From Asterionella formosa (lineage: Eukaryota), in contig NKIB01015063.1 of assembly GCA_002256025.1 (NCBI GenBank), forward strand, positions 1 through 38,470: 38,470 nt of DNA, given 5' to 3'. Below, piece by piece: positions 1-12,800 of this stretch (within the stretch, counting starts at the first letter, position 1; every line of letters begins with the position of its first letter). The notes beneath the pieces were generated by a model, which saw only the letters and a program-made list of their open reading frames with translations, searched no databases and was not told the origin of the DNA. The position numbers were made by a program, and so were the translations under genes.

Positions 1-1669
1 GGCCGAGGATCATTAAAAAGTCTGACGACTCCGGTTCATGCCGAAAAATGGGTGCCGCGAACATGTTGGTAATCAATCCTGACTGTGTCACGCCTTCTTC
101 AACTTCTCCAATAAAGGGACCGTGTATTTTAGGATGCAATATTTCCGTCACTCCTTCGGGCAGAATATCAATTGACAATTTGTCCGCTAGCTCATCCCGT
201 TTCTTTTTGGGAGGCTTTCCAATCCAATCTTCTAAAGTTGTCTTGACACTAGGTCCAATCAATCGAGGCGGTCGCTCCGATTTTTCAGTTATATCTTTGG
301 TAGAACCGTGATCAGCTCTTTTTCGTCGTGAGGGCCGATCTCCTCCACCTGCGGACACGGGGCAACGTACTTTGTCACCTCGATAATAATTGACAATTTT
401 AGATGACATACCTTTGGTCAATTGTATGCAAGGGCGTTCCTCTGAATATTCAAACATAACCAGCATTCCTTCCGTCGGATTTAAGTCTGCTTCTGTTCTA
501 ATCTTGGTTTGTGAGAGCGCTCCCGCATGCGATCCCATCATTGATTGATAGGAAGTTGCATTGGAAGAAGAATCAACCTTTTTCGTCGAAGGTACGAAAC
601 GTATCTGCAATTGCCACGGGCGTTCTCGTCGTACAAAATTCAATGGCAATTTCGGGCGATGATATTGTCTCAATTCCACTCTATTCAATTCAGTTTTGAC
701 CAAAGTGTGGTTATAAACTAAATCCAATTGCTCAATATACTCTGCATCATAGCTCAGCGATCCACTCCCAACGTGACGATTTGGTCGTCCAGTTCGTTCT
801 GTTCCTCCAGGACCCATGAGAGACGACGTGATTGTTCGTCCCTTTCCTCCACCCAACTGCAACGTTCCCATGGCTTGTGTGACGCGATTCGTCTTATCCT
901 TGGCCATTTGCGCCCGCTTCCGTTGCCTTGCTTCAATGAAGGCTTCCATCTTATCTTTGTCAGCGTGGAGAGATCCCTTGCTGACCTCGGCGGTGGAAGT
1001 AATCGGTGTGGACCACTCTCGTTCGTATCGACTATGATATGCTTCAGATTGTCCAAAGGAGGTGGGACGGGATACTGGCAAAACGTGACGCGCAATAGAT
1101 TGTCCAGCTATGCCAAGTTCCAAAATAATTTGAATGCGCTGACTCATTTTGGCACCCAGTTCGACGTCGCCTTCCCAGTTGACATTAGAATTATCAAATA
1201 CTAGAGCGTCCAAGTACGGATTCCGGCGCTTTGCCAACAACTGTTTTGATGCGCTGCACGAATAATCGATGCGTTCTTCCGTATCTTCCTTCTTTCCCTC
1301 CCAATCAATCATAAGCTCCCAGTTGGCCAATTGCACTTGATGTAGTGCCGGTGCGAGTGTCTTCCATTCTTGTTGCGGCTCAGACGGCATGCGCTTGACC
1401 ATTTCCATGATATCATCATGGTTATTAGGCGGCAAGCCCTCTTCGACATGTTTGATATACGTGGGTGTTTTCGAAACCAGCTTGCGAATCAAATCGGCTT
1501 GTTCATCATGTTCGTCCTCATGGTGGTAGACCGGCTCATCCAGGGCCTTGGAGGTATCGTTCCATGTGAACGCTTCCTTCGGTTCTAGAATGGAAACTCG
1601 CGACGGTTTGTGGTTGCTGCAAAAGAGCGACGCCAGGTCCAATGGCGCGGACGATGACGCTATCGCCAT
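1..1669 (-). CDS. TAF1: Transcription initiation factor TFIID subunit 1 (TAF1), 5' part; the ORF runs off the left edge of the window
   Basis: Manual minus-strand translation from ATG 1669 (in-frame TGA upstream at 1691-1693) is open for 556 codons to the window edge. It contains TAF1 DUF3591-type segments: LRQYHRPKL, DLNPTEGMLVMFEYSEERPCIQLTKGMSSKIVNYYR and TNMFAAPIFRHEPESSDFLMIL. It is absent from the ORF track because no stop lies in the window. Confidence 0.9.
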   Translation of the reverse strand, partial: MAIASSSAPLDLASLFCSNHKPSRVSILEPKEAFTWNDTSKALDEPVYHHEDEHDEQADLIRKLVSKTPTYIKHVEEGLPPNNHDDIMEMVKRMPSEPQQEWKTLAPALHQVQLANWELMIDWEGKKEDTEERIDYSCSASKQLLAKRRNPYLDALVFDNSNVNWEGDVELGAKMSQRIQIILELGIAGQSIARHVLPVSRPTSFGQSEAYHSRYEREWSTPITSTAEVSKGSLHADKDKMEAFIEARQRKRAQMAKDKTNRVTQAMGTLQLGGGKGRTITSSLMGPGGTERTGRPNRHVGSGSLSYDAEYIEQLDLVYNHTLVKTELNRVELRQYHRPKLPLNFVRRERPWQLQIRFVPSTKKVDSSSNATSYQSMMGSHAGALSQTKIRTEADLNPTEGMLVMFEYSEERPCIQLTKGMSSKIVNYYRGDKVRCPVSAGGGDRPSRRKRADHGSTKDITEKSERPPRLIGPSVKTTLEDWIGKPPKKKRDELADKLSIDILPEGVTEILHPKIHGPFIGEVEEGVTQSGLITNMFAAPIFRHEPESSDFLMILG

Positions 1670-2299
1670 GACTAGAGGGAACGGAGTAATTCAAGAACGA
1701 AGGAGCCAAGAGAGTGAAAGCAGCTCAATGATGGTGCATGCAAGGATGTGATCATGCCTGATTTTTGTTTCAGCTCCTGGTGACGACTCCTGAAGGCAAT
1801 ACAAGCCCGAGGTTGCTTGCCTCATGCAAGCGAGAACACGAACTACCGGTACACGAGAAGGTATGTAGCCGACGAGAAGGGTACATACGGTTGAGGCAAT
1901 TCACAACATAGCTATGGTAGCGCAATTCGTTCACCTACTGCCCAGTCATTGCTCATAAATGTCATATATCTACATTCTTATTGCTCATCATGAAAAAATT
2001 TATTTTGAGTATTTCCTATATAGGCATCCAAATTTGCGATGGGTCCCGTAATATACATCATTGAGATACTGTATATTTTGTGAATTCCTTAGGTATATTT
2101 GCCGATTATTGCCCATCATGACAATTTATCATGTTTATTTCGTTTGTTACCATTTACACCAATTGCCCCTGGGTTTTTCAATTTCCGATGCATTTCGGTA
2201 GTGGGTCTACATACTGGTAATAAGGAAACCATTTTAAATACTCTACATAGAGATAAAACTATCATACATATCAAATATCATAAATGATGGGATTCATTT

Positions 2300-5200
2300 T
2301 TCGCAGCGCGCGTGCATACATTTTTCTTCGGACAAACAATAATGATAATTGTTTACCCGAACGTGCTACAAGCTAAGCAGGACGGAAACAGTGGACACTT
2401 TCCGGGGAGCTCGAAGAAAAGGCTACCGAAGGTTACCATGTGCGGAACCAGGTACCCCGACTGAGGTGGTACAGACTCCGCAGATGGTGGAAACACATCC
2501 ATCTGGCGGAGTAGTGATATTACAACACAGCCAAGGTATGTGCACCACTATTCTTCGTTTTTCTGAAGAGTGGTTTGGACTGGTGTTGTTTATTGTTGAT
2601 CCTTGTCTGGAGCCATTGTCGGAGCAGCACTTGATCAGGCTGGTTGCTGATGGTTAACAAGTACTAAGAACAACAATGCATGACTATAGTTTCCGTGAAC
2701 AAACTTTAATACTTACTTTGAAAATGTTAAAATATTATACTGTAGACTTTGTATTATCTTCAAAAGACCAGTATATTAAATTAATTTGTTTCACATTTAT
2801 CATTCATTGATTTTAGATACACACCATTTTTTCCTCACAATTATAATTTTCATTCTATCCTACCTGTCATTGCTCAATCTGGACTTCCATCAATAACCTT
2901 TCGACTTTCGATTGATCCCATCATCTGCTTGTTATGCTACTTAGAGCAGATCGGTGAGTGTTACATTGTCCAATTTGAAATTTGATAACTTCTATTCACT
3001 AATTGGATTGCTTACTTTTTTGTTGTATACTTTTGCATCAGTTCGATTGTATGTCAGTTTGTATCATTGCCTACCCTTTGAAGATATAGTGTTGCTGAAC
3101 TTATTTGTTGATTTGTAGATCGTGGACAATGATGTCAATATTGGCATCAAGCAATGCTTTTCTTGTACCACCTTGTTTATTTGATATCTTTCTACTCAGA
3201 ATTCTTATTGCAAGCTACAATTCAATATTCAACAATAATGGCTGAATAAAGAGAGGGAATCAATAGAGGAGCAGCATGGCGATCATGCACAGAATGGAAT
3301 GATCAGGGTTGTTTGGATTGGGTCAGAAGGATGGCCACTGGTACTTGTATTCTAGTATTATCAGGCTACAGCTATAGATATACATTGTTCCAACGACAAG
3401 ATTAGCTACTCCTTAGTACGAAACAGATCTCAATTGGGTTCAGGGTTTGTATTAATTTTCTGTGTTAAATCATTTTTCAATTTTGTGGTGGAAAGTCAAT
3501 GCAGTCCATTTTCGAAGTTATATTACAATTCGTATGTCTCCTCGGAAACTGATTTTTACTTCAATTTACTACTAATTTCATTGCATAGCTGCAAGTTGCG
3601 GTGAATTCGCCGAAATGACGATTTGGACATCATGTATATGCATGCCTGACGATCCAATACATAAAATGTGCTGGCTAGCTCAAAAAAGGTTTTTGCTTTT
3701 ATTCGTGGTACGTAGTTGGCCCCTTAGGTAAATCAGGATGAACCAATTGAGACCACAAGAACAAGGGTGCATCCTTACTCTGTGATACATGCCCAATCTT
3801 ATTAGGGACACCTGCTATAGTCCATTGACCATTTGATGATGAAGCAGAGAATTGAACTTTAACAGGAAGGGATGGTGAATGGATCTTGGTAGGCGATATT
3901 CCCAAATTTTCAGGCAAGGTACAAGGCAACATCCTTGTATCCGGAATCATTCCTTCGAAATCAATTTCTGTTGAAATACCCTCAGTTACATTTATATATA
4001 CATTACTCATCTTCTTCTGTGTGTTTTCTGTAAGAAATTAATCACTTGAAAAAGGAATTTTTCGTGCCAAGGAAAACTGCCTTGTTTCATATGACCGTGT
4101 CAAAATGTCATGCTTTAATCGATGTAATTGTCCATTGACACGCTTACTGGGTAGCTCGTTTCAATTTGTCTTTCAAAAAAAGACTCCAAATATCCACCAA
4201 AGCAATTAAGAGGCGTTCAAAACTTCCTAATCAGATGAGGGTAATGTTTCATTCCATGAAATTTCGCCAATCGTAAGCCAATTTGAGATATCATTTCCTA
4301 GTTGGGGACCAATCATGCATAATCTTCGTAAGTGACATAAATCTCTTAACCCTTTCCTCTAAAATATCAATACATGTTGACGTATACTGCGGTATGAATA
4401 AAGTGTCATTGATGGAAAAACATAAAAATAACAGCAATGTGAAATCCTTTTCTAGGTGCATGTTCTCTGAACCCATCACTCCATCCATTGAAAAAATGGT
4501 TAACAGACATAATTTGGGAATTTTTTGCCATGAAATTTTTGACAAAGCTGTCATCCCAGATCTGTAAGACAATTTTGGAATATCACGATCGCTCTGCCTT
4601 TACAAATGACTATTAATATCTCTAGCACTTTGTTCGAAGTATATTTCTGAAAATACATTTCTGGTGCTAGTACAAGTGTTGGGTCTTGATTTTTGCCAGT
4701 TTAGATTTTTTTGGTAACTGGTGCGTGAAGCAGTGTCTGTTGTTTCAGTGATACGTTTATTATCAGAGATGTTCTCTGGAATATCTGGTGTTTTTTTGTT
4801 TAAAAAAGCATGTCCATTCTTCAGGGATAGTCCGATACATTGTACAATGACTCAAAAATGTGTTTGTATATTCCAAGTATTAGTTGATGAAGAAACTCAA
4901 ATGGAGTTGCACCAAATTATACTTCTAAGTCACCTCCAAAAAAATGATTTATTAGTGCAGGCATAGTAGGATTATGAGAGGATATAACACGGCACCACTT
5001 GTTGTTTGCTGTTGCGTATTTGCCATTAGATTGGGAGACACCATACTCAGGTGGGATACATGGTAATTTTCCATCGGGATATTCATTTTTGTCAAGAAAT
5101 TTGTTTTAAAATTTTTAACATCTGACACTTTACGACGTTCACATCCAATATCGGGATTATCAGCAGCTAATGTTGGTGAAAATGAAACATGCATGCATTC

Positions 5201-8020
5201 CTTCAAATTCTTGCATCCAATGTCAACAGTGACCATATGCAAAAAAAACACGGTTGCTACAATTTTGATTGTGAGACTCAGATGGGGATTTGTTCTTCCG
5301 AAATTTGTAGTTACACAGATAACACCATTGCAATGTCCACAGAGACATTGCAAAATTCACATGATGACAAAGTCAGGATATGAACAGGATAGAATGAAAA
5401 TGATTTAACAATAATAAATTTAGCATCACTCCTATCATGCTTTGCTGGACAATGCAGAGTCGTGAAATTATCACTCCACCATAGTAGTAAAAATGAAGGT
5501 ATACCGCTACATGAAGTACAGGCGGCACTACTAGTGTAGAGCAGCATCAGTGTTTTCTTAACATGTAAGATATGATTTGCATTGTAGAAGTCTAACACTA
5601 ACTATATTTATTATGTAAATAAGTTTGCATTGGATTCTATTGGATCCATTCAAAATCAATGTCATCATCAATGACCCATTGATTAATGCGGTCGTTGTAA
5701 TCAATATTCTTCTCAGGAACATTTGGTTGAAGTGGTTCAACATATTGATGCATCTCCTTTTCATCGATTCTTTTGTGAAAGTCCAGAGTAGATTTCCTTA
5801 CAATAGACGAGTAAATTATCAGTCCATTGATCAGTGAGACCATGGAAACTGAACTTACACACCTTTTTTGATAAGTGCTTTCCCACCAATGTCAACAAAA
5901 TCAATAGAATGACGAATATCGTTCTCTGAAATTTCATGCATATCTCGATTGAGTCCCAAATATTTTGGTTGCAATCGGAATTTTCCTTTCAGCACCAAAA
6001 AACAAAAGGCTTCTGTACTGGAATTGATCAGCGAACCAACATAACGTGATTGACATTCACACTGTGCCCGAACGCACACTCAGTTAAAATTTGGTAACAC
6101 CAGATTTGTATCCTGTTAAAAATGGTTCTCCACAGCTTGTCCTGCCTATAATATACACTGGAGCAAGAAAATCACGCCAGACTTGGTATCCTTGGCTTCC
6201 CCTGTCCATTTCCTTTGACTGCGCAAAACGATAAAGCGTCAATGCCCACCTAATAAAGTCATCAATATCCATAGTCTGGAAGTTATATTATGTTAGACCA
6301 GCTGGTGTGTCATGAATTATGTTAGCATTTTTAGATTGAAACATATTTGATAAGAATATAATTACCAACTCAAAACATCATGTTTTCAGAGCATCTCCCG
6401 CCATGCAAGAATTTACCTAAGATTCCTTTAAATTGGTTATTCAATACATTCTGACACGAGCCATTCTCTCAACTTTTTAATGCACATGCCACCAACTGGT
6501 GATTTGATGTAATCTAAATGTGCCTTATTTGTACATTCAATGGTCTGATTCATCGGAAGTAGTGCATCAGAACCATTCCATATGAAATCGGCAAGCTCTG
6601 GGTCACTCTCCAATTCTTTGCCCAACTCCGGTTTCACTGTGTATAGCCGAGTTAGGCAACATTGGGCAAACCAATCCTGTTTGTGATTGGAAATGCCTTT
6701 CATACATCTAAGCCGCGAATACGCCACTTTTCGAAATTTCGTCTACGTATGAGTGTTAACTATGTGGTACTTCACATGCATTAATGCCACTCTTCCTTTA
6801 AAAAAAAGGTTACTTTTAACGGTTTCATGTGAAGTTTTAACGGTTTCATGTGAAGTTCTCACAATGAACTTTGAACGCGAGACTGAATTAGTTGATGTTT
6901 CAAATAATTCATTTGTCTTTTCGAAATTTCGTCTACGTACGAGTGTTAATTATGGGGTACTTCACATGCATTAATGCCACTCTTCACGAAAAAAAACGGT
7001 TTCATGTGATGTTTTAACTGTTTCATGTGAAGTTTTCACAATGAATTTTGAACGCGAGACTGAATTAGTTGATGTTTCAAATAATTCATTTGAAAGTTCA
7101 ACTAAGATCCTGCTCTTGAGGCTAATACATTCACAACACGCATTTTACATAATACAATAGTAAGGATATTTGTGGTTTCTTATGTCATCCTCCATCTGAG
7201 ATCAAAGTTTTACGGTTGTACAAATCACATGAAGAACTCACATTTTCCGGTAAAAAATCTCCCTCTTCCCAGTTTTCATGTTATGTAGGTTATTACCGGT
7301 ACTAGGTAACTGTACTACTAGCCAGTGGTAGGCAACCCAATTTTTACGATATGGCGGGATGTTTGATTCTCTTTTGGGACCAGAAAGAAGCACATTAGAT
7401 TGATATTCTCTTTTACAGTAACTGCAATTCACGAACTGTAACATCAAACTTACATGTTGTTTACAGCAAAACTTCTTGGTCTTGAAAATTAAAATTAAAC
7501 TCACAACCTTTGTGACAATTGATGATGGTTCAATTTTAGCTAAGCGGGAACGACGTTCTGATAAGGCTGCTGAAATTGAAGATTCTTGATAGCCTCGTAT
7601 GAACGGGTTTTCAATCGAATTACGACCTTTGTAGTGATTGAGTTCATTGACCAATTGATAATATCCTTTGGCAAGTGCAAGATTTTTTCCCCTCCGTTTG
7701 TCATGTACTTGTTGGTCTGTGCAATTAGAAAATTCATGATATGGTACCATGTTGTCCATCTGCATCTGGGAATTATTAATGGTATTATCGACAGGAGCCA
7801 TTTTTCTTGTAGCAACAACTGAGGAAGAAATGTCATCATCGCTTTCAGTATCATCTAGGGGATCCTGTGAAGCTGATGATGGGGTAGTACCCCCACTAAC
7901 TCCCTGTCACCGATTGGGTTCCTTTGGATAATCGCCGATTCGCTTTTTCTTTGTCAACTCAATTTTGGTACTTGCTTCTTTGTTCCATACCGGCAGTATT
8001 TGCCACATGTCGCTTGTTTC
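2300..8020 (-). pseudogene. Long decayed, apparently intron-containing coding region of unknown identity; boundaries approximate
   Basis: A chain of minus-strand ORF pieces (7238-7801, 6437-6727, 6084-6272, 5855-6079, 5637-5843, 4952-5353, 4291-4572, 3699-4010) is broken by stops and frameshifts. Candidate introns lie at 7504-7436 (GTGAGT..TACAG, 69 bp) and 6365-6276 (GTAATT..CTAAC..TTCCAG, 90 bp). No recognisable domain. Confidence 0.4.
6727..7092. repeat. Two-copy tandem duplication (period 190 bp) with a nested ~21-bp sub-repeat
   Basis: Copies 6727-6915 and 6917-7092 both start CTTTTCGAAATTTCGTCTACGTA and end GATGTTTCAAATAATTCATTTG. Each holds two units resembling TTTTAACGGTTTCATGTGAAG. 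Confidence 0.95.
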
Positions 8021-9887
8021 CATGAACCTCTTTATGGTTTTTTGAAGACATTGCTTGTACTACTAGATAACTGTTGTCTTATGATCTTAAAATCAGGTGT
8101 TGCTAGCTACAATGAATTGAATCATCAGCCACTGCATGTAATATTTTTCGCTGTCTAGATATGATAACATAAGACCAACAGTGCTATTAACACTATCATA
8201 TACAAAATCACAACCGAGTTTGAGTAATAGCATATCTTGCTTTCAATTTTATGATCATATGATCTTGAAGCTATGATGATTTACAGTCCCACTGCAGTAA
8301 CAACATTCCTGAACACATGATGTTCTTTTGCTTGCTTACTACTCCAACTACCCCTACCAGGTACCAGGTCCGTCTATGTTACGCCCGATAGTACTATAGT
8401 ATGAGCATACCGGTAGAAGACATCGCTTTTAGTATCCCAACAACAACAAGATCATGCGTTTCCATCGTTATTCTAATATGAAAGGTAGACACAATTCGGT
8501 CTCTTCCTATGTACAAAGTACCTTGCTTCACGTCAGCATGTTGAAGTTAGCAGTTGCTACCTGCTACTACTGGTTCTCTTTATATACATGATAAAATGTT
8601 ATGATCATATGATGTACGCATGAAGAACTTCCGCCAAGAAGGGGCTCAAATAATTAGCTAGCAAAATCCTTGTGTATAAATAATGATGTAAATGGGTGGC
8701 GACTTACACCAATTGAATGGTCTAAATAATCAGTTCCAACGTACGTAGAAAAATTTGATGCAAACAAACTTCAGAAACAGTACCGTTACTCGAAGTCGTG
8801 GAAAACAATGGACATATCGTGCATTGAGTATTTTCGAATTATTTAAATACGAATATGATCATCTCAACAATACCAGACATGCTATATTGAGAGTGTCTTT
8901 GAATTTTATAAATGTACAACACTTCATATATTTATGTATTTACAAATTTTATAACTATATACATGGCAAATAAATTTGAAATTGCTCTGTCATGCTAGCA
9001 AACAATGCCTGCTTTGTGAAAAGAAATATCGTAGTAAAGCATATGACAAGCAAGGAAAGTTTACGCAATAACGAAAAACATTGTGGCTTTGACACATAGC
9101 GCCTTCAAAGGATGGAGTATGTTTAAGGTAATGAAGTCATCAATGTGGTATGTGGTTGACAATCGTTGGGAGGACAACAACAAGTTGTAAACTAAATGCA
9201 CGTTTCCTCAATAGCTCATTTCGCTTGTTGGGGAGCACCAATGTAAAACAAAACAAAAGTGGTAAGAAGTGCTCTTGTCGTTTGACCTATTCACTTCTGT
9301 TGGAACATAACTGACGGACACGTTTACCTTCTCTCAAAGTTAATCTAACAAAAATGAAAGTTCATTATGAATGAGAACTCAACCAACCATGACAACAATG
9401 AGATTGGATGGTAAAATTATTTAAATGTATACATAATATTTATTGAAATGTATGTTATTTATGTAGATAATTTTACTTAAGCTAAAGTTATGTTGTACTG
9501 GTAGCTACGGTGGCTACCTAATCTAGTTTCACGATGCATCACCACAGCCACATCACCGGTATGCATGGCTTTGTGTTATTGCTTGCTTCGCTCGTCTGTG
9601 AATGCAAATGCTGACGTCACAATCATTGATTGTCGTTCAAAAAATACCGGTATGTGGGCTGATGGCGGCAAGTGCATGCAGCAGAGCCGGACGAACCGAC
9701 AACCAACGTTCACTTTTTGTATGTGGCAGTTGTTTGTTTTGGATATTTCGTTTTCTCATCATCAAACGTCGGCGGCAATCAACATCCGTCGTTGCAATAC
9801 CGGTACATTCTCAACCAATACAAACACGCGCTGCAAGGCAAGACCAGCAGTGCGGCACTTGCCTCCTGAGAATCGAAATATTGAATA

Positions 9888-12800
9888 ATGAATAGAGCTC
9901 GAAAACTGTTTGGGTCGCCCTCTGCCATTAAGGCGCGCCGCGAGGGAAAGACATCGATGAGCCCCTCCCCAACCACTAAGTCAAGTAAGGAAGGCACAGC
10001 AAGTAGGAGTGATCTCGAGGTCACGAAAATGCAGGGGGAAATCAATGATCTGCGGGGACAACTTCAGTCCTGCGCAGACACTGAACTTATTCGAAGTCAA
10101 CTCATGGAGCAAGCAAAGGAAAACAAGCGAAAGGATCAGGAGCTTCGAAATCTCAACGATAAGTTTCATGAGGTCCATAAGGGACTTTTGGGGGTTGAGG
10201 AAGAGCGCCAAAGGCTCCGACTGTCCATGCAGCGGCTAGAAAACGAGAAAAGGAAAATACAATCACAACTCGACATACGAGAAAAGGAGGTATTGTCGCT
10301 TGCTCGCCGATGTTCGTCCCAAGAAGAAAAGATGAAAGAAGCTGCCAAGATGCGTGCCTCTCATGGTGATCTTTCAAATCAAGTCGAGGATTTACGAACG
10401 TCGTTATCCGCCAAGAATAAAGAAATCTTACAGATCGAACGACTTAAACAAGAATTGGAGCACTCTGAAGCGTCCAAGCAAGAGCTTCAGTTCCGACTTT
10501 CAAAACTCAAGAAGGACCATGACGATATTGCCGAAACACTTAATTCTTGCTTCTCTAGCATGCAAAAGATGACAGACAGTCACCGCGATCGTGAAGAAGA
10601 TCGGCGGCGTGAACAGCAAAGAGCCGAGTTGGACCTAGAGCATCAGCGCCTTGCGCATCTCGAAGCTACTGCTGACTTACGACGTGAACTGGAATGTCGA
10701 CAAACACGCATTGACCAAATAGAGAACATACTGAAAGAGAACATGGCAATAAGTACAGCTTTGAGAAAGGAACACGCCGATGCCACGATGATCAAAGAAG
10801 CTGCTCTATCGGCCCAAAAGCTTGAGTACGAGCAACAACTCGCAAGTTTGCAAGCGAATCACGACAGCGTCTTGGCAAGCTCCCAAGAAGATAATAAAGC
10901 ATTACTTAAGAAAGTGCAAGAAGAATTAAATGAGAAAGTCACTTTGATTGCAGCTCTCGAGAGGGAATTGTCTATTTGTATGCAGAATATGATGGCCATG
11001 TCAAGCGACTTCGAACAACTTCAGAGTGAGAATGAGAAAACAATAATTTCCCATAGGGAATCACTCTTGATTATCGAAAAAGAAATACTTTCTTTGAGAG
11101 AGCAGGCTACGTCCAATGATGTTGAGCTTACCATGATGAATTTCAAATTGTCCAATCTCGAGTCTGAGAACTCTGACTTGAGCAAGCGATTGGAAAATGT
11201 TCTCGCCCGATGTGCTGAGCTTGAAGAAGAGAACGCCTTTATAATGGACCTTGAGGAGCAGCTCTTAGAAGTTAATTATGAGATCGTTGAAACAGAAGAA
11301 GAGCAGATTATGGCTGCCGAGGAGCATCAACTGGCGATGGAGAGTCTCCGAGCTGAATATGATAACCAGCGAAGTATGTGGTCCAGCATGGAAAAAGGTC
11401 TCGTCGAAAGGTTGACTTCTCTAGAGAAAGAGAAAAATGAAATTTTAGACGAATTGAAGCGCTTCCGTGTTGCTGCAAACTCGTCGACCGCTGATCTTGA
11501 AGGTCGCTTAAAACGATCAGACGATCTCGCCCATTCCTTGAATTCTACAGTCGAAATTCTAAGAAAGGCGCTGAATGAAAAGGATGAGCGAGTGGCTGCA
11601 ATCAATGCAACTTTGGAAGGTGAACGAATGAAATCAATGAACCATGACGATATCATGTCTGCTTTGCACTTGGAAATTGAAGACCTTCGCTCTAATGTTG
11701 AAGTCCAAACGGTTGAGATGGAAAAGACTCTAGCTGAAAAGGCTATTGAGATGAGACACTTGGAAGAAGAACTTTCAAATGAACGAACTCTCCATTTAGA
11801 AAACAAAAAAAAATGTTTGAATCTTCAAGCTGAGCTTGACTTGACCAAAGATGTTTCAAAGCGAGCTCTTGACAACATGATTACTGCCGTTCAGGACAAA
11901 GACAATGAAACACAATCTCTTTTCACAGAACTGGAATATGAACGGAAAATATCAAAAGAAAGAGATATTCGCTGTCAAAATCTGGATTCGGACTTGTTCT
12001 TGTTGCGTCAAGACAATGAGAAAGTCGTACTCGAATCGAGTGTATTTGCTACAGAGAAAGAACAGACGATCGTAGCCATAACTGCAGAGCTTCGAAATTT
12101 GGAAAACGAAGTGACCAGAAAGGATGAAGATTATTGTACGAAGATATTGATAAAGGAACAAACCATTCAGCACTTGGAGTTCTCACTTAATGAGCAGCAA
12201 AATGCATTGGAGCAACTGACTTTTGAGAACCAAGCTATTATCACAGACAAAAAATTACTTTTTGAGGACCTGGAGAGAGAGAGAAAGAAGTCTGTTGAGA
12301 CCGAGTCGCGAATAAAGTGTGTAGAAGCTGCGCTGCTTAAACTTCGACAAGACGCAAAGAGCAGTACTCTTCAACTTTCTACGTCCATCGTCGAGAAGGA
12401 TCAAAAGATACAATTATTGAGTAGCGAGCTCACGAAATTACGTGAGGATTTCCGAAGGGAAGGCGATGCTCTTCGTGCCGTCATTGTGACAAGGGACCAA
12501 AGTATCATGTCCCTTCAAGAAGAACTTGACAAAAAAATAGCTTCTGTTGAACAGCTGAAGCTCTCAAAACATGTTGCATTATCGGAGAAGAATACAGGTA
12601 TCACTGTCATGCAAAATGAACTAGACGCTTGCAGGGCTAAACAGGCAAAAGACGACGAACAGAAATTCCTTTTATTACAAGAGAAAGAGAATCAAATAGT
12701 CTCCCTTAAAAACGAGATTAACATTTCAAATGAGACTTCCTTGGAGCGAAACGAAGCCAGTCGAAAAGAAATACTAAGTCTTACAAGTAAGCTTCAAAGA

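Noticed and set aside
48..1751. Plus-strand ORFs over 48-1751 and the minus ORF 754-1095
   Set aside because: They are antisense or off-frame shadows of TAF1.
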